This document shows, piece by piece, positions 1-17,200 of a DNA stretch of 64,000 nucleotides; position 1 is the first letter of the stretch; each line of letters opens with the position of its first letter. The notes beneath the pieces were generated by a model. It had not been told where the DNA came from and did no database searches. It saw only the letters and a program-made list of their open reading frames with translations. The position numbers and the translations under genes are program-made. Source of the DNA: Antedon mediterranea (taxonomy: Eukaryota; Animalia; Echinodermata); the NCBI RefSeq assembly GCF_964355755.1, contig NC_092673.1:5580001-5644000 (forward strand), in the 5' to 3' direction.

Positions 1-194
1 AGCAAATGTATTTTTTAATACGTTGCAATAAGTTATTCTGTTGCTTTTTCTGATTTGTTCAGATTTGTTTGGGGGTTTTTTTAGGACACAAATCAACACT
101 AAAAAACCACCTATCATCTAGTTAGCCTGGTTTTACTACTAATATACTAAATATATAAATTAAAATTGTTCCCGTAGTAATTTGTACACCCTTA

Positions 195-307
195 AGCTCT
201 GTCTACACTATCAAACTTTATATGACAACAAAATGATGTCATCACTACCATATTTGGGAATATGACATCTTTTTTTTTCAAACTAGTTTGATAGTGTAGA
301 CAGAGCT
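195..307. mobile_element. PIF/Harbinger-type MITE family A (representative of ~19 copies or fragments in the window)
   Basis: TIR AGCTCTGTCTACACTATCAAACT...AGTTTGATAGTGTAGACAGAGCT, 3-bp TTA/TAA target duplication, internal 20-bp repeat CCAAATATGGTAGTGATATG. Other copies lie at about 2746-2912, 5227-5371, 8609-8757, 9596-11689 (split by the LTR element), 17085-17125, 21799-21874, 21950-21983, 22188-22296, 22348-22533, 22877-23030, 28465-28630, 29659-29784, 34677-34836, 40081-40237, 43296-43434, 51446-51596, 51920-52025 and 59853-60012. Confidence 0.9.
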
Positions 308-353
308 TTACTCCAGCAAAATCTTACAATTTATTTATTTTTTCTTTTATTAG

Positions 354-4283
<3,930 letters not shown>

Positions 4284-7200
4284 CCAATGACCAGTATTGT
4301 TTGATGATAAATCAGGGTTAATTAGCTAGACTAGCTGATTAATACAGTAGCTGAAATACTAATTATAACCATTGCCATGCCAACAAGCACAACCTAGCAG
4401 GTATCACCATGGAGATCACTAAAAGCGTTGCCATGTGGATCTGTATCAAATTATTATGGGAATTGTCATAGTGATCACTGTACAAGTGGTCACTAAGCAC
4501 GTCGTCATGGAGATCACTATGGTGATCACCAACATCAATGTAACATAAATCACTATGGTAATTGTCACTACCGTTATGAAGAGAGTTGACTACATAAGCA
4601 AGCAGGAATAAAAATCAATGTGATGAATTCTTAATTACGGAAAAAAACATTTTGCCGTTTTTAAATATTCTGTAGTTGCAATGGAGAAGATGATCTTGGC
4701 TACAATAAAGTTGCAAATCAACAAGTTGTAACTTGATGTGCAGCCTACTGTCAATGATGACTCACTGCATCTTAAAGAAGTGAACCAAGATAAGGAAAGT
4801 TTTTATGATATTATGTGAGCATTTGTACAGTGTGTAGTGTAGTAGAATTTAAAGGAATTGTCTAAAGTAACTGAAGAAGGTTGGCAAATAATGAATTTGC
4901 TATAAAATAAATATGTAAATGTTTCCTGTAACATTACAACTCTAGCCTAACTAAAATGAATTACCCAGGCTCAGGTTATCCCATATGCACTAATGAATTA
5001 TTTGAAACCGTTGGTCTAGTGGTTTTCCTTAAAAACCTCTTAAAATGGCAATATATCTAAACATTAGTACTGTATTGCTAATATTAAAAGTTTCACGACA
5101 TATTTAGTACCTGATGATGATTATGGTACAAATCTTCTATCGTTAATGATAAAATAAGCTCCTCATTTAAATAAACGCCATAGTTGAAGACGATTTAGAG
5201 TGGAATTAAGAGCTCCACATGTCTTAAGAACTGTCTACACTATCAAAAAAAGTGTGATGTGCCCAAATAAGGTAGTGATAGGATCAAATATGGTAGTCAT
5301 GACATCATCATGTCCATATATGGGCACATCACATTTGTTGTCACATAAAGTTTGACAGTGTAGACAGAGCATTAGAGTGGAATGAAGAGCTCTACATGTC
5401 TAGCTTGATCATGTATGGTAATGTACCATGTATTGTGTTTGAATGACAGGCGGCTTAGTCTAATACCATAGAATTGACTTAAATGATAAAGGTACCTGCT
5501 TCTCTCTGTGCATATGTATATTAGATGTATAATAATTTCACTATAATGTCTTTGTTAACCCTTTTGTAAATTGTGGGACTATCTTAGTAGAACGCAATGG
5601 GGTTTTTTTAAATAGCATAGTTTGCTTCCCAAGACTATTATAGTTTAAATCATAATAATAAATTAAATATGTTAAATTGTTATTATTATATCTGTAAGCC
5701 CTTATTCCATTATATTGCAGCTAATATACAGGATAGAAAATGCAATATCGTTGTCACTATTGATTTTTTCATTGCATTAAAAAAATGTATTAATGTAAAA
5801 AAGGTTGCACTTTTTCATTTACAGAAATAACTGAAAACCGAATAGGGAAGGGAATGCGATTTGCTCAATTAGACCCTATTTTAAAAATAGAATAGGATAG
5901 AGGCTGCCAAATATAGTATGTAATACTTATTTCATGTAAAAATTAATGTTTTACCCAATTGGGTAGAGTATTCAGTTTTTACAGGTGAAATTACCAGAAT
6001 TAATGTATCTTCATGTGTATAAAACTATATAAATAAATAAAAAATATTAAATTTTCCAATCTGGCAATATGAAAATCCAGGAAAAAAACAAGTTATTTTT
6101 TAATTAATTCTTTAAAATAAATATGACCAATTAATTAGCAGTGGTAGTTAGGAATTTTATCATTGATTAAATCAGATTATATTAAAATGATGTATCAGGA
6201 AATTCTTTATTTTTAATGTTGTTTATGTCTGTATGATAAATATACCATATCTTGTACAGTTTTCAGTTTTATAGATGGGAAAGCATATACTATAAAATTG
6301 TTTCAATGTGTATATGGTAGTTATATACAAGATCTGCAATATTGCAGTATATTGAAGAATTTGAAATACACTTACTGCTGTTATTGCCATTGCATTATTC
6401 ATGTAACGGAATCATATTTAGTTTCCATAGCTTTATTTATCACTGTTGTACAATTCAACACTCACATATTAAAAAAAAACTATCTGTAGTTAAGATATTA
6501 ATATTGTCAAGAAATATGTTTTTCTTTTGTATGCATTAACAAGTGGTTTACAAGAGTATTAATGGTCTTGTAAAATTTTCCATGCAAAACTTCAACTTAC
6601 AGTAGTGAGTTATAGGGGTTTTAAAAAGTGTATGCTCAATGGAAAAATGTGTATGCATGTTTTTCTATATAAGAATATACACCTGTGTTATGGTGAGTCT
6701 TGTATGCTTGTTGATAGGATTTGCTATATGCAGTCATATTCTTAATGTTCGCACTTACTAAACATTTTGTAAGAAATCACCGATTTTGACCAATTAAAAA
6801 TTAATGTTGATTACTATATTACTATTTTTAATATTTTGTAAATGTTTACAAGTTTTCACCATGTTTTGTGATTCAAAATATTAGATCGTTTTAATAATAT
6901 TTACCAGAATGATTTTGTGTTAACATATATTTTTATCAAGAATGTTTTTCTTCGAAGTTAAAACAATTTATTTTTGTGCATGTATTTTATTTACTATTTT
7001 TAGATATGACATTTTTATTTTAATAACATGTTATTTTAACGACTAATTATAGAATATATATAGACGAATATTTTGTGCGTGATTTTAAAACTTTGGCAAG
7101 TAGAAAGAATTTTAAAGATGTCAATATTTTGTTCTTTAATTGCTGAGAATTGGAATATTTTAGTATTACTAGACGACAAGCCAGAGAGAGAATCTCTTTT

Positions 7201-8122
7201 AATTCTTGTTCATAATTGGTCAATAAGTATATATCATATATCTAAATAAATTTTATTATTATAATTTACTAAGTATTATAAAGACATTAGACAAACATTC
7301 AGGAGTCATAAAGGAGTTAATTACTGGTTAAAGAAGAACAAAACTATCTCTCCAAAAATATTTCCTAACATGTTTATAAAATAATCCACTATTTTTATAA
7401 TGAAGTCTCAAATCATTATTACTGACCACCGAGTAAATGGTTACTTTCCCTCCAAATTATTATATTTTATTATTTAACAACTGTAAGTTTTCTTAATGTT
7501 AACCTCATAAAACTAACAAATATTACAAAAAAGGAATTGGATATATTAATTAATAATTAATTATTATTCTCTACAATCATTTCAGTTGTATGTAAAAAAA
7601 TTGTTCCCTAGGCTACCTTCCACAAGTAAGTATCTTAATATAGTTTGATAATAATCAAACCTTTGGGGTAACTTTTTCACTATAATACCGTTTCACATTA
7701 AATTAATTAAAACGATTAATTAATATGTTATAAACTTATTAGTATAAAGGAAATTATACTGTGTGCAGAAATAAGCCCACTTGATTAACGTTGGTGTATG
7801 TATAACCCCATTTTCAAATTGGGACAAGGCCCTATACACTTTTGATATAATGAATAGCAAATTATCTTCTGTATATAGAGGGATAGCTTAATAAAGAGCA
7901 AAACAATACACTATAAACAACGATCTTCTAATAATGGCAATTGGCTATTGTGATATATTGCATTGTTTAATAATAATAAAATAGACAGAATTAAAAAACA
8001 ATATTATGAGAAAAAACGATGTAAAACAAATAACATGAACTGTATTGAAACTAGGTACTGTAAATATGTTTCATATGACTTTAATTGTGTCAATATGAAC
8101 CAGAAAGATTAAATATATTTAA

Positions 8123-8467
8123 AGATGTATTTGTTCCCCAAAAACATGAAAAATGAAGATTAATTAAATCAGACTTTGAATATGTTATTTTGTAGTTTTA
8201 ATAAAGTGAATCACTTCCGTAGAAAAAAAAACGGAAAAAAATAATGTTTTCACTTATAAAATAACATGATAAATGGTTAAATTCAACCAAAAATCGATTT
8301 GCTGGCAGCCAATTTGACAATTTTTTGCTTTAAATTGCATTTTTTTCAGGTAAACATTTTTTTTTTCGATCCAATTTTTGGCCAAAGTGGATAACTATTA
8401 TGTAACATGGAATATTCAACAAAAATTTTTTTAATAAGAATTATTTTTTCAGGGGGACAATACATCT
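8123..8467. mobile_element. Kolobok-type MITE (TTAA target duplication)
   Basis: TTAA|AGATGTATT(T)GTTCCCC...GGGGACAATACATCT|TTAA. Confidence 0.78.
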
Positions 8468-9716
8468 TTAAGCTCTTTGATCATAACTAAAAGATAATAT
8501 TTTGCACCGTTGTATGAACATTTTCACTTTATCCTAGTTAAAAAAAAGTTAAAAGTAGACAAATAAATAAAATGTTTATGACTAGACAATGTATAAACGT
8601 GTGTATAAAGCTCTGTCTACACTATCAAAGTAGTTTGACAAAAACAAGTGTGGTGTGTGTGTGCCCATATATGTGATATGACATCATCATGTCCATACAT
8701 GGGCACATCACATATTTTTTTGTCACATATAGTTTGATCATTTGTGTAGACAGAGCTTTAGGACACTTCTTATTGTGTTAATTGTGATAATACAAATTCC
8801 ATGTCTGTAGATTTAAATATCTGTTGAATTGCTGAAGATTCAACCAATCAGGGCTCAGAGATTTGCAGACAAGCACAAAAGTATTCAAGATGGAGTAGCA
8901 ATGTGTGGATTAGTAGTACAGTTGTAGACAAACCCTTGACTTAACTTATAATTTAACTGATTCTATATTTAAAGAGATTATTGTTTATGAAAAGTGAAGT
9001 TGTCCGACAATGATAAAATCTAAAGACGACCACTACTAAGTAGTCAATTACTACCAAATTGGGGGACCAGAATGTATGGTTATAACGCTAAGCCTATATC
9101 AAATTAGTCTATATTGGGGTGGGGTGTGTGGAGCCCTGATAAATATGTGACAGTGTATGAGGTAACTTATGCCTGTGTGTCTGTCTTCAAAGTAATGATT
9201 AGACTTATTTAAGTAAATAAAACAAATTATAGAGTTACAATTGTTCATGAGAAGGATTCACTTTAAAACTTGTTTAGTGTTTGTGTTTAAAAGTAAAGTA
9301 ATGACCATTTACACTGGTCAATTAAACATTCAACATTTATTGAATTTAAATTCATTTAAGATGTGCAAGTTGTTTATTTATGAATTATTCATGTCATTGA
9401 AACGTAATATGTGGAGGAATTATTAAACTGTTGTCATTTTGTTTGCCTGATGTTGAATTGGAATAGTGGACTAGGCATACTGAGAGACAATAAAGTTGAC
9501 ATTTCTTACGTAGGCATCACAATCAATTGTGTTTCATTATCTGTGTACAATGTATTTACATTCATCATTGTTTAATTCAAATCAATTTAATCTTAAGCTC
9601 TGTCTACACTATCAAACTAGTTTGACAAAAAAAGTGTGATATGTGTGCTATTAAATGGTATTGATATTCCCAAATATGGATGTCCATATATGAGCACATC
9701 ACATTTTTTTTATCAC

Positions 9717-11657
9717 TGTCACGAACTCCTCTCACGTATGTTTCCGAGCGGTTGAAAATACTTTAGGAACTCCCTTGTGACATAAAAGTATACACACAAA
9801 ATCCACAAAGTTGTAAAATAACTCAAAAACAAAGCTTTAATTTCAATCAATTTCAACTTTTAACAATCCAGTAAGCACTTTAAATAACAGCTTCACAATG
9901 ACTTTACAATATATAACATCCAACCTCTAATCCAACCTCTAATCCAACCTCTAATCCAACAACCTTCTTCAAAATAAATGCTTCAATCAAAAATCCTTCT
10001 CCCACTTACAATTGTCATACTTCCTCTAATATATACAATATGTTCATAACCTTCTAGATCATTCCTTATACTTCTCATTATTACATGATTACAGTTTCTA
10101 TTAATAGGGCTTCTGGAATGTTCTTGATTGTTCTTATTAATTATACATGGTTTCTTAAATCAAAACATCTAATTCTAGAATGTTCATGTAAATACTATGT
10201 TACTCTATATGTTAGGGAATGGTAATTTATTACACTCCCCCCTCTTTCTGAGCTCAAAACTCTTTCTTGGAGTTTTGAAGGGCAAGTATACACGAAAGTG
10301 GCAAAAGTTAACCCACTCCTATTCTATAAAACTTAAATACGCCATAATAACATACAACATAATCATTAATAATTACTAATAATGAACAAACAATATTCAT
10401 GTAAATTTGTCGGAATGGTTCACTAACAATTACTGACATAGGAATCATAAAATCCTTAAATTTAGTTTTATACTTTGAGGCTTTACAATACTCTGTCAAC
10501 GAAATATCATGTGAAAATTTCAAAACACTATTACTGCAATGATATAAAACCAGTAATTTCTCTATGGGTTCTGTCTGGTGTTTAGTAAAAACATGCCTAA
10601 ATAAAATTCCGTCCTTACAGACCGTCATATCTTCCCGACATAAACCTTCTTTCCTTTCAATATCTTCCCGATGTAAACGTTCTTGGTTATCCATCATCTG
10701 CTGCATCAGAAGACTCTGTTGTTGTATTTGTTGCTTCATTAACACCACCAAAAAGTCTGTACTGCTGTACACTTTACCGGATATTGTTGTTGATTGTTTA
10801 TCAGCCATATTTTAAATCTGGATGAGGGTCTTGTTACTAGTTAATCGTAGTTACCGAGACGTTCACAAGTCTACTGTTCCAAATAAATAATGTACTGTTC
10901 TTAAAACAATGTTTGTGTTCTTACGATTAAACAAAACGTAGCACCGCGGCTTCCGTAAAATATCACAGTATCGTAAGTACCGCTTCCTCAAAATATCAAT
11001 AAAAGTACAGTTGATCCTAAAACAGCCACCAATCTATGGCAAAATACAGTAGATCAAACTGCTACCACAAAATATCACAACCGTAGATAAATACACAGTT
11101 AAGTCGAACAGTAGATCGAAATAACCGCTGCCACCAAATTATGTCACGAACTCCTCTCACGTATGTTTCCGAGCGGTTGAAAATACTTTAGGAACTCCCT
11201 TGTGACATAAAAGTATACACACAAAATCCACAAAGTTGTAAAATAACTCAAAAACAAAGCTTTAATTTCAATCAACTTCAACTTTTAACAATCCAGTAAG
11301 CACTTTAAATAACAGCTTCACAATGACTTTACAATATATAACATCCAACCTCTAATCCAACCTCTAATCCAACCTCTAATCCAACAACCTTCTTCAAAAT
11401 AAATGCTTCAATCAAAAATCCTTCTCCCACTTACAATTGTCATACTTCCCCTTATATACAATATGTTCATAACCTTCTAGATCATTCCTTATACTTCTCA
11501 TTATTACATGATTACAGTTTCTATTAATAGGGCTTCTGGAATGTTCTTGATTGTTCTTATTAATTATACATGGTTTCTTAAATCAAAACATCTAATTCTA
11601 GAATGTTCATGTAAATACTATGTTACTCTATATGTTAGGGAATGGTAATTTATTACA
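9717..11657 (-). mobile_element. Non-autonomous, internally deleted LTR retrotransposon (Ty3/Gypsy-derived), 1941 bp
   Basis: Near-identical LTRs at 9717-10234 and 11142-11657 with TG...CA ends. 5-bp TSD ATCAC (9712-9716, 11658-11662). Minus-strand PBS TGGTGGCAGCGGT (11124-11136) is complementary to the tRNA-Leu 3' end. PPT AGAAAGAGGGGGGAG (10235-10249). Confidence 0.95.
10308..10808 (-). pseudogene. 166-aa relic ORF of the LTR element: gag-like coiled-coil N-terminus fused to a fragment resembling the region before the integrase zinc finger
   Basis: Same strand as PBS and PPT. Q/M/E-rich N-terminal helix. KDGILFR...KLLVL...VLKFSHDI resembles Gypsy 'GILYR...QLVVP...VLKLAHDIP.AGH'. No RT or RNase H. 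Confidence 0.6.
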
Positions 11658-11677
11658 ATCACATATAGTTTGATAGT

Positions 11678-12565
11678 GTAGACAGAGCTTAATACTGCTT
11701 ACAGTTCTTGTGCTATATCCACTGTAACTTTTCCTCCCTTCCAACCCCCACCCCACCTTCATTTTCATTACTTTCACAAACCCTAACCCCCAACCCATAT
11801 TTCAAAATCCTTGATCTGACACTGCAATCAGTTAGCAGTCAGTACAAACTATTCTATAAATATTAAATCTACAATCAAATTATTCTATCCAGTTTAGATT
11901 TAGACATTACAAATCTATAAAGTTTCTTAGTGTCCTCACCTATCTATTCAATTAGGGTGTTGTAGACAGAGCTTAATACTGCTTACAGTTCTTGTGCTAT
12001 ATCCACTGTAACTTTTCCTCCCTTCCAACCACCCCCCCCCCCCCTTCATTTTCATTACTTTCACAAACCCTAACCCCTCCCCCAATATTTCTAAATCCTG
12101 GATCTGACACTGCAATCAGTTAGTAGTCAGTACAAACTATTCTATAAATATTAAATCTACAATCAAATTATTCTATCCAGTTTAGAAGTTTAGATTTAGA
12201 CATTACAAATCTATAAAGTTTCTTAGTGTCCTCACCTATCTATTCAATTAGGTTGTTGTAGACAGAGCTTAATACTGCTTACAGTTCTTGTGCTATATCC
12301 ACTGTAACTTTTCCTCCCTTCCAACCACCCCCCCCCCCCCCACTTCATTTTCATTACTTTCACAAACCCTAACCCCTCCCCCAATATTTCTAAATCCTGG
12401 ATCTGACACTGTATTCAGTTAGCAGTCATTACAAACGATTCTATAAATATTAAATCTACAATAAAATTATTCTATCCAGTTTAGATGTTTAGATTTAGAC
12501 ATTACAAATCTATAAAGTTTCTTAGTGTCCTCATCTATCTATCTATTCAATTAGGTTGTTGTTGA
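11678..12565. repeat. Tandem triplication of a ~285-295-bp unit starting at the right end of a MITE
   Basis: GTAGACAGAGCTTAATACTGCTTACAGTTC begins units at ~11678, ~11962 and ~12257. Units differ mainly in poly-C length. Confidence 0.92.
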
Positions 12566-14229
12566 ACGAGCTATTGTCTTATAAATAGAAATTTGATTGT
12601 TCTGAATAATAAGGTTAAGCTCTTTTTGATGATCTAGTAAATAAACATAAAAACAGATGTTAAATAAATAATAAGTAGAAAAATCACAATAGAATTTAAT
12701 GTATTGTCGTCATCAATTTGATTTGTTATTGTATTTCAATAATCATTAGTTTGATTAATAATGTTAGTAGGTTATGACGTGTGTTGTATCATTTTTGTTC
12801 AATTTTAAAAATTAGTAATACAATATACCTGTTTAGTTTAGACCGATTTAGAGCGGACAGAAATAGAAAAATTGATTTGGGTATCATATTATCCTAACCT
12901 TGCTGTTAAATGTGGTTTAAAAAAATAAAGTAAAAAAACACTTTTATGATGAATGTATATAGTCAGGGTCAGGCAATTTAACAACAGGATGCTGAGCTCC
13001 AGAGATCAAAGGGTTTATCTGTGGCTGTGACACGATCATGATACACCCCTTAACAGACACGGCACAGCGCAGAATATGTACATAGTACAGTACTGTTGGT
13101 ATTTGTCGCAGCCAGACATAAGATCAAAGGACTGTTAGGAGTTCCTATCTTGGCAATGTGAGCTTAGTGACCTGTTAGATTGCCTTGCTCAAGGTATGTT
13201 CAGATCTGTAGAGTGAGTTCTTATCATAATCTTCGTAACAGCAAACTTGTGCTTTCATTAACTGTTTGAATTGGTTGGATGCGAAAACTCTTTTCCTGGT
13301 TCGGACGGATAGAGTTGTGTACACTGCATACAATACAAAACTATAACTGTCAGTGTGAGCAGGCACATAATTATACATATATGAAACTATTTTTAAATTA
13401 ATAACTTTATTCAAATCAACAACCTACAATTAGATAAATATTGCAAAACAAACAATAAAATAAAAATTGACATCCTATAAAATAATCCTAAATATTTGTA
13501 CAGTAAACTCTTCCAAGACACCCTAGTTCAGGCCAAACAATTTACACTTTCAAATGCAAGTTATTAATAATAATGAATTTGGTTGAGGTATTTTAAACAG
13601 GCAATAAATATTAAACCCAAATAAATTTGTTATTTTTCATAAATAAGAAGTATACCACAAAGTGTATAGTACTAACGTCTTAAATTTCTTATAAATAATA
13701 TGAATAATAAATTATTAATTTTAGTTTATAAAATATAAATTACAGTATGAATACCTCGTTTTGACAACGCTTGTAACTCAATATCAAAATATTATGATTG
13801 TACAGTAATTTGTTCATAATGCTACTGTAGGGGTTCATCCCATGTTTTCAGTAACAGGTAGACTTTAGTGGCTAAACATCTTTTAAACAGTTGCGACATC
13901 TCAAGGTTTCTCCACGCACCATACCTCCATGCACCAATATTTTTACTCGATATTCGTCAAAGGCAAAACTACCATTGAATTGCACTTTTTAAAACGTATT
14001 TTTTCTATACTTATTTACATTAAAAAAATCAACATTTTATGAGTTATAGCACTTATTTTTAACCTTTCAGAGGTAGTATATGTGTGGGAATAATTAAAAC
14101 AAAACAACAATATACTTGGAATGAAACAGTAGTCTATATTAAAACATATTCATTATGTTTTAATATCCCTTTCCCAATTCAAAAACGTTACACCGCTTGT
14201 GTAATCAGTTGTCCCTGATTGGTGACAGT

Positions 14230-17200
14230 CTATTGGTCAAATCCAGCAAAGGGAGGTGGGTCTATTGTATCCAAATGCTTGTTCATTGGCTGTTGAGTAA
14301 GAATTTCAGCAATTTTAGCGTGAAGGGGCGATGGAGCATGACGATTAAGAAACTTCAATAAGGCTTGGTATACAGGTGATGAATGACTAGTTGGCTTGCA
14401 TACCCCAAAGTGATTCGTATCCAGCATGTAAAAATCACCGAAACCAGGATCTGTAGAGGACAGAAAATAGAATTATAGATATATTAACCTTACCTTAAGT
14501 GAAATAAGGAGGAAAAGAGTATTGCCAAAGAACTTATAACACAAGAATCTCCTGTTCTTCAATTTGCATTCAAAACACAGTATCGAAAGTACAGGGTTAA
14601 AAGGTCAAACTGGGCGACGCCATTTCACAGCATGGAGCAGAACCCTCTCCAAACTAGAAAGTCAAAACTATTAATTCCTATAGAGGGCTCAGTTAATTAC
14701 TCTATCCCCCATATAGTATTAGCAGATCCCCTCTATGATTTTAACTTTCTAATTTGACACTATGGCTCACAGTGGCGCCACCCATTATCTCTATTCTATC
14801 CTACAATGCATTTCGAAATTGTTACACGCTTTGGACAAACAGGAGATTCTTGTGTTATAAGTTCTTTGGTATTACTCATATATGCTGCCTCCTGTCATAT
14901 TTTTACTGACACTGCAGATAGCATGTTGTATTAATACAATTTTACAGTGTTTTTTGGTTAATATTATTTATTTGTGCACACTTTTCTATGCTTATGAAAT
15001 AGTGTATGCATTGCTGTCTATAAAGCATTGTCTCTAATACTGAATGCAATACATACTGTAAATACTGACTTTTTATATTTACATTCCCCTTCGGATGATA
15101 ATGTGTGAATTTTCGACAATTACTGACAGAAGAGGATCCAAGATTTTGAAATAGGTAGGGGAAGGGGCGAGGGCCTAACAATTGTGCTGACCTATTTTGT
15201 GTATTGTAATTTTAGAAACTTCTAGAGGAAGACAAATATAGCCAGTCTGCATACTGCCTTTTTAAAATTTGAATTTGTATATATTATATCAGAGGAATTA
15301 CCACCTATTACTATCTGATTGGACAGTGATTAATTTACTATTAGTAATTCTTGGCCACATGTGCCAAAAGACATCAAACAAAATAAAATATCAATGAAAA
15401 GGAAATAAAAAGAATAAATAATAATATTCAGCACATAATTTTTATCCAAATATAAAGTCAATTTACTTTATCAAACCATGTCTGAATAGACTGACCTAGA
15501 TATTCTAACACAGCGATAGTCAATGGTTAATGCAATCTAATTTGATGTAATAATTGACTTGATAATAGCAATGTAAAAATAATTACTTCACATAATTGAG
15601 AGTGATGTACTTTCAAATTAAAAAGTCTTTCTAGAGACTTGTACTTTTCAAAATATAAATTCATATGAATTATTAAATAATTTAATGATGTTGTAAAATA
15701 TTTTCCACAGAAGAGATCAGTTTCATCATTAAGTACTCTGGAATATACTGAAGTTTTCCCTCATTAGACATAATTTATTTACAAAAATTGTCAGACTTAC
15801 GTGCTGAAGTCATGGGAACAACAAATAACTTAAGAAGAGCGACCTCTGTTGGTTGCATTTCACCAAAGCTTAACACAGGTAAACCGAAAGTTTGAACAAA
15901 CGCACGGAATTGGCCGTGTAAATGGCGTAATGATGAAGCACCTAGACAATTGGGAAAAAAACAACTGCTAAATTTAAAATTTACTTGTAAAATGACAAAG
16001 TACAGTAGGACCTATGATTTATGTACTATTATTATATTTTATTATTAATATATATTATTATATTTATTTTATATTTCATTATTTTCTCACTAAGATGTAC
16101 ATAGACATAACATTAGGATGACCAACAGGTGGTAAACACCTCTAAAATAGTCCAAATTGCACAATGAGCCCAGTTATGATCAGTGGCTGTGTGTATACTA
16201 GTACACCGGGGTAACCCCCTACTCGTCTTGAGTGATGTACTAGGTTCTTTAAACTGCACATGAGTTTGTGCACTGGACCTACAGTTTATATTCCTTATCC
16301 CAGAAGACTCGTTCTACTAACAGAACCATGGAGCGAGTGAGCCTCGAACCCTTGCTGGCTAAGTAATTACGGTCCCACTGTCTTAACCGCTCAGTCACTC
16401 ACTCACTACTAAGAGAGGGCCTCATGTATGTCAGCCTCGGCTGTTTTGAGTCACCCTCATTAAACAAAGTTTAATAAAAAAAAAGTTGTACCTAAAATCC
16501 ATTACATCCAGGTTCTTGGCTTTAAATTGACATACCCCACCCCCCCCCCCCCCCCAAACACATAGATATCATATAGCTATGCAATTACAATTATTTTTTT
16601 CAGTAATATGTTGTTTACCTTGTTGTAGTTCAGCTACCTCAACCGATGGGTAGAGCAGGTAACTAGCCTGTTGTGAATAAGCTGCAATGGCTGAGCCTTG
16701 GTGTGGTGTACTATAAAACACAACGCCAGCTGTTTTACTAGCCAAACTTTGCTGTTTCTTACTCTGCCATGCATCTATTAACATCTGCTTCACTAGTAAA
16801 CCTAAAGTAATGATAATAATATATAAATAATATAGTAATATATAATAATATAATATAAACACAATAGGCATAGAAATTAATTCTAAACCGTCCGGTGATA
16901 TATTGAAATTTAATTAATTAATTTGAAACGATAAGATAAGGAAATCTGTTTAAATGAGAAAAAGTCGCCCCAACCGAGATACGAACCCGGACCTTCTGCT
17001 TGATATGCAGATGTCCTAATCATTAGACCACTGGGGCTTTCATGGTATAGTTCAAACCCGATTGAATAATAATATATATATATATATGGGCACATAAAAT
17101 TTGTTTTGATAGTGTAGACAGAGCTTTAAGGGAAGAGTGAAACATAAAATGATTGCATGATCATTGTATCTGTTTTTATCTGTTTATTAATTAATTAAAA

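Noticed and set aside
11779-11790. AACCCTAACCC telomere-like words, also present in the duplicated units
   Set aside because: Fewer than two full units; not an interstitial telomere.
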